From the NCBI GenBank assembly GCA_963693365.1, contig CAVNZM010000008.1, forward strand, positions 3,191,572 through 3,255,571: a stretch of 64,000 nt of DNA, written 5' to 3'. Of the stretch, positions 54,031-64,000 are shown in pieces. Source of the DNA: Amoebidium appalachense (Eukaryota; Protista; Ichthyosporea). The notes below the pieces were generated by a model. The model saw only the letters and a list, made by a program, of their open reading frames with translations. It did not search any database and was not told the DNA's origin. Positions within the stretch are counted from its first letter, which is position 1; each line of letters starts with the position of its first letter. Made by a program: the position numbers and the translations under genes.

Positions 54031-55219
54031 CTCTGGCTAAGAGAGAGCCTAGGGGGAGAGGGAGAGAGAGGGGGGGGGGGGGGGGGGGGGGGACCTCTGG
54101 CTAAAGAGGGCCTAGGGGGAGAGGGAGAGAGAAAGATCTAGAGCCTCAGAGAGAGAGGAGAACGAGAAATTTGAGACTCTGCGGAGCGCAAGTGAGTAGT
54201 CACCAAAGGCGGAGGTAAAAGTATCTGCATGTACATGTCGCCGAGTCGGACGTGTACTCTTGCAAGCGCTCTTGCATAAATCCCCCCCCCCCCGCGGCCC
54301 CCCTTGAAGGCTTCTCTCTCCGAATTCTCTCACTTCTCTTATGGGAAAGGCTGGGCGCCCGGCCGGCCGGCGCGGAGGGGAGGGGGAAGGGGGGGGGGGG
54401 GGGGGGGGGGGGAGGGGGGTGAGGGGAGAGAGAGAGGGGGGGGGGGGGGGGGGGGGACTCCGGAAGGGGAGGGGGGAGAAAGCTCTAGAAAGAGAGAGCG
54501 TCTAATCTCGAGAGAGAGAGAGAGAGAGGGCAGAGTACAAGAGAGTGAAGAGAGACACTGTCACGTCGGCGGCCGGAGACGGGGGGAAAAAAACCTCATG
54601 CATATGTACAGGTCGGTCCGGGTCTAGATCTTGCCGTCTTGCAGTGTACATATATCCCCCCCCCCCCCCCCCCCCCCCCCCTCCCCCCCCCTCCCCCCTC
54701 CCCCCCCCCCCACCACCACCACCACCCCACCACCACCACCCGCGCCCCCCCGCCCCTCCCCTCTCCCCGGGGCCCCACCCACCCACCTGTACCCATCCAT
54801 ACGTGCACAAAAACACCCCCTTAGTTAGGCCTCTTGCAGCTAATGTTTCTCGTGAAAACACATTTTTTGCGCAAGCCCAGCTAGCCTGGGATTCTAGGCG
54901 AGGGAGGTAGAATCGTTCGCATATTATGTGAGCGCTGTTGCTTGGTTTGTGTGCCAGGTGTGTGTGTGTGTTTTTATTGTGTGTGTGTGCGTGTGCGTGC
55001 GTGTGCGTGTGTGCGCGTGTGCGCGTGCGCGTTTGTATGTGTGTGCATGCGCGTGTGCGTCTGTGTGTGTGCGTGTGCGGGTGTGCGTGTGTGCGCGCGC
55101 ACGTGTGTGGTGTGTGTGTCGCGGTGTGTGTGTGTGTGTGTGTGTGCGTGTGCGTGCGTGTGTGCGTGTGTGTGTACGTGTGTGTGTGTGTTGGGGGGGG
55201 GTGTACACGTGTGTGTGTA

Positions 55220-55328
<109 letters not shown>

Positions 55329-56017
55329 GTGCGTGCACGTGTGCAGGTGTGCAAGCGTGAGAGTACAGGTTGTTCGTAGTAACATTTAGGTTTTTATGTG
55401 ACACAGTGTTTGCGCGTCCATCCATGGGTGTGTGTGTGGGAATTCGAAGCGTGTGTGTGTACCGTCACATCTATGATCGATCGATGTGCGTTCGTTTTTA
55501 TTGTCATATATACACATCATTTGATGGCAGCGCAGTTGTGATTATTATCTTGAATATTGCACAAAGAAAATTTTTCGTTTGTGGTAATACAGGCGGCAGA
55601 ATATGGCTTGCGTTCCCATGAACGCACTTCAAAGTCTTCGCCGTCGGCCCCAAGGCCTCCTTATCACCCTAAGGAGGCCTTGGGCGGCCTTCGGGCCCCC
55701 GGAACAACTGGGATCCCAGATCTATTGAAGATATTTTCAGATTTGATTGGTTTACCCGGTGATGTAAATTTGGCAAGCTTTGATTGGATATAAAAAACCA
55801 GGATCAAAAACGTAACGCACTGTGATAAACAAATCGTTGGAGAGTGAAAGAAGAAGAGAGGAATAAAGACGAGAGCTTGATTGTGGAAGGAACTCCTGGC
55901 TTCAAGCCTGTTGCTCCGTTTTTATGCCTGCTGCGCCGAGTCGGGCTCTGCCCGCATTGGTCACCTAGCCGGATTAACTGGATAGATCGGCTAATTATAT
56001 ATAAGCCAATCATATTG

Positions 56018-57649
56018 GCATCACATGGTACGGGGTCAAGCAAGCTCGTCCCCGAGCTTGACAGTAAAGCAGTCTACATATAAACGTTTTGTTGGTTGTT
56101 GAAAAAAATTATAAATAGTTACATAGCACTCATACATGCATGCAGGCTGAGTTACGGTCTGCATGTACGTGCAATAAAGGTGGGCACACTGGCATGTGCA
56201 TAACGGTTGCTTACTCGGTAAAACCTCCAAAAGGCCTTTCAGCGTTCCATTTTCCCTGTGCCAACTAGTCTTTTGCTAGGGAGGGGTCACAGGTATAGGA
56301 GCCAGGTTTTCTAATATGTAGTGTTGTCTCCAGAGTTGCTCCAGTGACCGTCCTCGTCCTTGTTGCTGGCAATGGGACGATGTTGTAGTTGTTCTTGCCG
56401 TGGTGGTTGGGGTGTGTGAACTAGGGAAAGTCAGTGGTTAGAAGTGTTTATGTTGTGAACCTTGGTTGTTGATACTGAATAGGGCCAGAAGGGATGTTGA
56501 CGGAAACAGGTGTTTCCAGGTGTGGTTGTGTGTGTGGTTAGGTTTGGTTAGTTGTGTTTTGTTGTTGCAAAGGGAAACCCCCGAACGTACCCCTTCCCCT
56601 CACACTCACCCCCGCCCCCCCCGCCCCCACCCCCACCCCCGCCCCCCCCACCAACCCCGGCCATCCAGCCCCTTCTACCCCCGACAATGCACCCCCTCAC
56701 CCTCACTCGACATCAAATAACAACACAACTATTGCCCCACCACCAAAACCCCCCACCACCACCAAAAACCCCCCCACCACCAACACCAGAAGACCCCTTC
56801 ACTCTCACGCCCCCTCCCTCTGCCCCACACCTTCCTGCCTCTGCTACAACACAGCCCCCAACCACACCAAAACGGCCACACGACGACATTACAGTGGACC
56901 CACTCCCAAACCACAACGTGAAACGAGCGCGCCTGGAGAATGGCGCAACGTTCCACCTTAACGCAACCCAACCCACAGGAACTAACACCCCCCAGCACTC
57001 TTTTCCCTCGCTTTTGCGTATTCTACAACACAGACCAGTCCCCAACTACACCACAAAACTGATGGACCACCACCTGCTCGTCGAAGGGTCCAATGGCGTC
57101 AAAGGATGGTGCCCGGTGGCACAGCCAATGGTTTTGGCGTCCCCCATTTACGACAATTGGCGAGAAAACTACATCCGCACGGTCGTACCACTGCAACCAC
57201 ATGTGATGACTATGGATACCCGGCCACCACCGACCACCATCACAACATGACTCAGCAGCCCGGCGGCCACCTGATTATGTATAAGCCTTAGGGTTTTAAT
57301 ATACGCCTTTTTTATATATACTACCACCACCGTTACGTTACAATGAAAACACACACGGCAACCTGGTTACTCTGGCTCCGAATTTGTGCTGCCCTCCCAC
57401 GCTAGCCACAAAGAGCTAGACGGCACTTCGTCGGATCGCTGAAAGGACTTTTGGAGGTTTTACTGAGTAAGCAACCGCTACGCACGTGCCAGCGTGCCCA
57501 TCACTACACACAAGTAACCGAGGTCGGGGACTACCAACAACTGGGCATAAAATCCACACCATTTTTTATTTTTTTATAGAATTATCCTGTTTAATACTTT
57601 CCTTTGATAGAAATTTCGGCTATTTTTTTTAAAAAATTGTAAAACTGCG

Positions 57650-57726
<77 letters not shown>

Positions 57727-57727
57727 G

Positions 57728-57790
<63 letters not shown>

Positions 57791-57834
57791 TCAAGCACGA
57801 GGACGTGCTTGCTTGACCCCGTACCATATGATGC
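56018..57834. repeat. Diverged two-block inverted repeat enclosing a Pro-rich ORF
   Basis: 56018-56063 vs 57789-57834 (4 mismatches in 46) and 56181-56244 vs 57437-57500 (6 in 64). Confidence 0.85.
56552..57250 (+). CDS. ORF fragment, Pro/Thr-rich, with NLS-like PKRP/VKRAR and a weak chromodomain-like end
   Basis: 232-codon ORF; LRILQHR...HLLVEGSNGVKGWCP loosely follows the chromo pattern. Start unclear. Confidence 0.35.
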   Translation: MCFVVAKGNPRTYPFPSHSPPPPPPPPPPPPPPPTPAIQPLLPPTMHPLTLTRHQITTQLLPHHQNPPPPPKTPPPPTPEDPFTLTPPPSAPHLPASATTQPPTTPKRPHDDITVDPLPNHNVKRARLENGATFHLNATQPTGTNTPQHSFPSLLRILQHRPVPNYTTKLMDHHLLVEGSNGVKGWCPVAQPMVLASPIYDNWRENYIRTVVPLQPHVMTMDTRPPPTTITT

Positions 57835-58331
57835 AGAGATGGGCGGCCCGGGCAGGACAGCCGGGCCGACCAATTAGCCGGACCGATAGAACGTAGTTAG
57901 CCAACCACAAGATATCCACAATATGTATCCAACCAAGTACACCCGTGTCAATCACTGTGCTCAATGGCCTGTCCGCCCGTCCATGTGCCTTCACCCCGTT
58001 GGACTGTCTCCCAGCCTTCCTGTTAGCTGTAGCTGCACCAACTAGCACTTAGGCTCAATAACCGTCTGTGACCTGCCACCAGGCACACAGCATGCTAATG
58101 CTCAGGATATACAGGGAAAGAGGGAGATGTACCTATTAAGTGGGTGAGAGGGGAGGGTCCCGAGAGTAAAAAGGCGGAGGAGGGGGAGAGGATGGGGGTG
58201 GAGGGAGGGATCATGGAAAGAACTGGTATTGACGGGTGACTACAGCATGAAGTCACATAACGAATTAGCACACGCACATGCACACACACACACACACACA
58301 CGCACACGCATACACATGCACACGCACACAC

Positions 58332-58402
<71 letters not shown>

Positions 58403-58614
58403 GCCACACCCACCCACCCACCCAAACACAGACACACGCACGCACACGCACACGTACATGAAAACGCACATGCACGCATGCACACGCCCACGCGCACGCA
58501 CACACGCACACACCCGACACAACACACCCACACCCACACGCTACACGTACTCTCACGAACCGTAGGCAGCACAGGCACACACAAGCACACACACACGCAA
58601 AATCTGCACACACA

Positions 58615-58677
<63 letters not shown>

Positions 58678-58975
58678 TGCCCAGTCCCATGCCGACAATA
58701 AAAAAAGGGAACATTTGCCTCAGAGAGGCCAGTTCTAAACACAACCAAAAGGTTAGACTGTCGACGAGTACCACCAATTCAATCTCACAGCACAACGATT
58801 AATTCTTTATCATTCAAGCATACTATTATGATGACGTTTACTATCTGCAGAGATTCTTTGCAAGCTTCGCAGGGGCAGGGCCGGCATAAAAACAAGAGCA
58901 AGCCTGTTCGTTGTCGAGTCAGTCAGCCCATCCGCCAAATTCGCAAATGAACTTGAAAACTATCAAAACAACAAA

Positions 58976-60102
58976 ATGGCGATAACATATCTCCTTATGC
59001 GCCACAGTTCAGGCGTCGCTCTACTTCTTGCAAGTGTCCTTGCGCTTCTACCAGCCGCAGATGCACTTATCCTCAAAAACAGTGCCGGTCACAAGGTATG
59101 GGGCATGCCACCAGGCCCACAGCGTGCACATGGCTACCCAGCTAGCCATATTCATGGTCAGCCCAATACTATGCAACAAATGCAGCAGAATACCGAAGGC
59201 AGGCGTCCTTGGGCTGCTCAAGGAGATCAGTATGGGAAACAGTTATGCACCGTCGCTGGGCAGCCACAGAGCCTGGTCAGAGTGGGCGAAAACCAATCTT
59301 AATACATGTTGCAGGTGAGACCAGGGTTCCGAAGTGGCACCACACGCCTTGCACACCTTGGTTTTCCGATGTTTTGTAAAAAAATAAGAAGAAATAGTTG
59401 CATGCAATAACTTGCGCGCGTTGGGTTGATGATAAGTGGCACCACAGTATATACCGCGGTATTCTTTTTGTAATTTGTTTTGGTGAGCTGCCCGTCCCCT
59501 GCCTAGCTGGCTCATCCTGTTTCTCCTGTTCCATTCTCTACTATTCAACCATTCCCTTTTTGACCCTCCTTTTCAAGTTTTCTAATAACCCAAAACCCTC
59601 CTTTGTTTAGGTTGATGTTCCCGGTCTGCGAGCTCAAGACCTCAACGTTTGTGCGGAAAACACACAACTTCACGTAACAGGCACCAACAAATGCACCGAC
59701 CAAGGCCCCACGTGTGTGCCCAGAACCGTCAACAAAACCGCCACCCTACCTGAAGGCTCCGGCATGATAGACCTGTCGAACATTCAGGCAATCCTTGACA
59801 ACGGTGTTCTAAAGGTCACGCTTTCCCTTGCTGGTGTGCGTGTTGCGGCACGAATCCCCGTTTTTGATATTGCATTTGGACCGCGACAAAATGCCTCTTC
59901 TCCAATTACAGCAGCCGGCGCGGGGGATGGTGCGAATACAGCGGCTGCGAACACACAGGCACAAAGACAGAGTCAGGAAGGTGGTGAGGAGGAGAGAAGA
60001 AGAAGGAGTAGTCAGCTGCACAGAGGGGGGGGTGTGAATGTTGGGGCATCAAGCAGCACAGGACACGGTGCTACGGTGGAAATCACATGGGGTGCAGTCT
60101 AG
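58976..60102 (+). pseudogene. Small heat-shock protein (HSP20) with signal peptide; in-frame TAA at 59300-59302
   Basis: Exon 1 58976-59314, exon 2 59611-60102: VDVPGLRAQDLNV..ENTQLHVTG...LDNGVLKVT. Same intron position as the paralogue at 62645. Confidence 0.75.
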
Positions 60103-60524
60103 TTTTTTTGCGCATTTCTTTCAAAGTTTTCTTTTTATTCGCATATACTATGTATGTGCGTGCTTGTGTATATTATTCGATACAAGCTTGTGAAATGGTG
60201 GGACGGGAGAGGGAGGAGAAGGGAGGGAAAGTTATGTGTGTGTGTGTGTGTGACAGTGGGGGGAGGGGGAGGGGGGAAGGGGGGTATTTGCCGTACAAGG
60301 CTTGCCGTACAGCGAGAAAAAATGCATGAATGTTGGTACCATACATGTACACCGTGTAATTAGATACTACTTGATACTACCGAATTCAGTTATAATACTG
60401 TGCTATTTAGCAAAAAGCAGCGACTTAGCAATTTCCACAGCAGGTTTGCCTGGTCAGTATGTGCTATGCTCTCCACCCCCTTCCCCCCAACCCCTCCCCC
60501 CCCCCCCCCCCCCCCCCCCCACCA

Positions 60525-60637
<113 letters not shown>

Positions 60638-61121
60638 GGCGTTCCCCCCCCTCTTCCCCCGGCCCCCTTCCCAGCTCCCTCCTCCATTATCCTATTCAAT
60701 GTGGTAATTGTTTACTACTCTAGCGTCCCTCCCTCCATCTCCGACCAGCCTACCACACATCTACCCATTCAAAGGGCCTTAGATTAGGACCCACATGACG
60801 GGGTATATCTCCACCAAACACTGCCCCGTTGCAAAACAGTAATCCCACCTCCTTATTTGCAACGCATAGGCACACAGGCACGCACTTCAGCAGTGCAGCG
60901 AACACAAACACACACACACACACATAATTAACACAACCACGCACAAACACCCGAACTATGATTTTACGGCTGTGAGACTCTACAGTACTTGCCACTGTGA
61001 CATATAAATCCAGACACAAACCAAGGCACAACAATCCGAGTTCGACTCCCCTCCTCCTCGTTCCCCCCTAGCGCCCCCCCCCCCCCCCCCCCCCTTCCCG
61101 CCCCTTCCCCTCTGCCCCTTT

Positions 61122-61176
<55 letters not shown>

Positions 61177-61543
61177 AAAAAAAAAAAAAGGCAAAAAAAA
61201 GGAAAAAAAAAAAAAAACCAGCAACAACATAAGCATAATAAAAAAAAGGCCACCTACCCACTGGGGAAAACCAACACACATTTTAGTTCGGAGTGCACTC
61301 GACATGACAATGTTCAAAATAAAATCTGAATTGTGGTAATCTTTAGGAAGGGGCTGGGGTCAGTTTGTCATCTGTCGGTCATTATCTGGGACAGCTTCTT
61401 CGGCCCTCCCGAGGGGGAGGAGAGAGGGAATTCACCTCGGATTCAGCTTCCGGGGGGGCTTTCAGGGGGCCTGACAGTGTACGAGCGGGCAAACTCTGGT
61501 TGAGTGTTTGTCACGTCGTGGAGGCTCGTGTACAGGCCCCACA

Positions 61544-61581
<38 letters not shown>

Positions 61582-61653
61582 ACACACACACACAGACGGG
61601 CATCCCAACCCCCGCCCACCCGCTCCCGGGCCCCCCGCAATGTACACATGTAC

Positions 61654-61690
<37 letters not shown>

Positions 61691-61945
61691 GACTCTCCTT
61701 CCCGGCCGCCACCCGCCCACCCACCATGGCTTCGTGCACCCACTCACGTTCACCCACCCACCCAACCTGCACCCACATCGTATTCATGCACCTAATTAGT
61801 TAGTAGTTACTTAGTACCCACCCAACCCTATCTTTTCCTTCTTTTTTGTGTTGAATCATTTGCTTTCTTTTATTCAAAGTTTCCCGAGATGAGGCACTAC
61901 TTACTAGGGAGGTGAAACGATATCAGTAGAAAGAGGGAGCTTGAT

Positions 61946-62019
<74 letters not shown>

Positions 62020-62447
62020 AGCTTCATATGGTATGACTGACGTCGCCCAGGCATGCATGACAAGCATGCACCACACGTGCGGATGTGCACGCAGGCGCTG
62101 TCATGACACAAGAAAAGACACAGGAATTTGTGGCAGTGTCAAGAAGGAGAAAAGGCGGGAAGGTAGAGTGTCATAGAGTCTCACAGAGCGACCTTGGCAA
62201 CGCCAGGCCGCCTGCGGCGCCGGCCGGCAACATTCCGGAAACTGCAAACATCCAGATCCATATGCGTTCGGATCATGTGATTGGGTAACGAAAGCGAATC
62301 ATGTCATTTACATCAACGATAATTCTAATTGGTTGTCTTTTTCAAAGCCTCTTACGTAAATAGTTATAATTGGTTTACTGCAAACGTAGATTAATGTCAT
62401 TGGATTAAAGTCATAGTTATTTAAGACCTACCAATTCGATCCCGCGA

Positions 62448-62456
62448 TTATATAAA
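62448..62456 (+). promoter_or_regulatory. TATA box of the second HSP20 gene
   Basis: TATATAAA about 195 bp upstream of ATG 62645. Confidence 0.5.
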
Positions 62457-62644
62457 CAGGCCCGGTCACTGGAGGGCCGGTCGTCGGCGGTCGATCAGAC
62501 ACATCATTCCGTTCAGTTGTAACAGAAAGCGTAACAGAAACCCTAAGCGCTCACATTGGACTGAATACTGAAAGTTATAAGCTATTGACGTCCAATTGCA
62601 GCGCCTACAAGACAGAACCGAAACTTCGCCACAGCAGTGTCATC

Positions 62645-62994
62645 ATGGCTCGCACTTCTACCACTCGCTTCTCCGGCCGTGGGCTCAGGATTTCTGCGGC
62701 CGGTCTTCTCCTTCTCCTCGCGTGCATCCTTGCCCTTTTGACACCCACGGAGGCATTCGTGCGACTCCCCGGCCTCCTGAACCCTCGTCGTGCACGTGAA
62801 GATTTCGTGCCTTCACTGCGCGACAACGCCATTGTCCATCCTGTTGCACGCTGGGGTCTCGGTCGGGGGTTGTGGGATGATTTCGTCCGGGATTTTGACG
62901 AGTTGATTGACGATCACTTCTCTCGGTTCGGCTTGCCCATGGGGTTGGTGAAAACTGGTGATAACCAGTACACTATGCAGGTAGATCCCCCCCC

Positions 62995-63036
<42 letters not shown>

Positions 63037-63067
63037 TCCCGCTCTGCCCCCCTCCCTCCCCCCCCCC

Positions 63068-63098
<31 letters not shown>

Positions 63099-64000
63099 AT
63101 CCCCTATCCCTTCCTCCCTCCCGTCGGTGATGTTGATCCTCCCTCCCTCTGGTCTCTTTATTTTAAATTTCTCCCCTGGTCCATCCTTCGATCCGGCCCT
63201 TCTCCATCTCACCGCCCTTTGACTCCTTTGGTGTGGCAACATTGTAAAATATTCTGGAGCTCTTCACTTTTCCATTCCTGCTCAAGCATGAGCAATAATT
63301 TCCCTGCCATTTCCCCGGCCCACGGCCCACGCTCTCGCACTCCTATTCCCCCATGAGCCTCCCGTCTATCCTAGTACTCACACATCCACCAAACAGCTTG
63401 AATTTACCGTGCCATCATCAGGTTTTGATTAACATAACTTTTTCACTTTTCGTGCACGTGAACTCCCGATCCCCCCCTCCCCCTCCCTCCTCCCCCCCCC
63501 CTCCCCCTCCCCCCCCCCCCCCCCCCCCCCGTCCATCCCCCCTTCCCCCCCCCCCAAAAAAAAAAAAAAAAAATGTGACAGCAATTGAATTGGGATATAT
63601 AAGGAGGAAGTAACTATTATTAGCAAACCAGTTCACACACACGTCACATCTAACACAATTTTTGTGCTTCCTTTTCAGGTGGACGTTCCCGGCCTTCGTG
63701 CAGAGGACCTCAACATTCACGTAGAGGGGCGGCAGCTGCACGTGACAGGCACCAACAAATGTGACGACCAGGACCCCACGTGTGTGCGCAGAACCATCGA
63801 GAAGACCGTCACCATTCCGGAAGGCGCCGGTGAAATCGACCTGTCAAATGTCCGGGCCGTCCTTGATCACGGTGTGCTCAAGGTTACCGTTTCTCTGACT
63901 GGTGCCCCGACCCCTAAACGTGTTCCTATTGTTGACGCTTCAAAGGAAACAACCGTGGACAGACTTTCTGTCAGTGAAGAGAAGATGGGGGAGGGTGAAC
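62645..64000 (+). CDS. Small heat-shock protein (HSP20/alpha-crystallin) with signal peptide; runs off the window
   Basis: Exon 1 62645-62980 (hydrophobic AAGLLLLLACILALLTPTEA). Exon 2 from 63679: VDVPGLRAEDLNIHVEGRQLHVTGTNKCDDQDPTCVRRTIEKTVTIP...AVLDHGVLKVTV..PKRVPI. Confidence 0.9.

Noticed and set aside
53500-54930. Possible retroelement or LTR remnant with duplicated GGACCTCTGGCTAA..GCCTAGGGGGAGAGGGAGAGAG
   Set aside because: No ORF motifs, PBS or partner repeat in the window.
62231-62241. Heat-shock element (TTCcgGAA) upstream of the sHSP
   Set aside because: Only two nGAAn units; insufficient to call.

Overview
Eukaryotic genomic DNA with GT-AG introns packed with (CA)n, (CT)n and long poly-C/poly-G tracts. 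The style suggests a unicellular eukaryote, possibly holozoan, but that is inference only. Most ORFs in the supplied track are microsatellite artefacts, so I rebuilt spliced genes by hand. Genes: a bacterial-type GNAT acetyltransferase (partial, missed by the track), an unknown multi-exon gene, a PH+DysF protein, a membrane-anchored histidine acid phosphatase, a degenerate HNH-like protein, a secreted Pro/Gly-rich bulb-type lectin, a probably myristoylated GAF-RGS fusion, and two signal-peptide HSP20 paralogues (one with a premature stop). Mobile DNA: a near-intact Ngaro-type tyrosine-recombinase retrotransposon flanked by an unexpected 137-bp direct duplication, a decayed DIRS1-type RT/RH/methyltransferase fragment, a MITE, a frameshifted OB-fold/SSB-like gene, and an inverted pair of diverged element ends with covarying hairpins. 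The most striking signal is a family of 5'-truncated elements (9 clear copies plus short relics). They end in GCATTCAAA, sit in poly-C tracts, and share a ~155-nt pseudoknotted RNA core with compensatory changes between subfamilies. All assignments come from manual reading; no searches were run.
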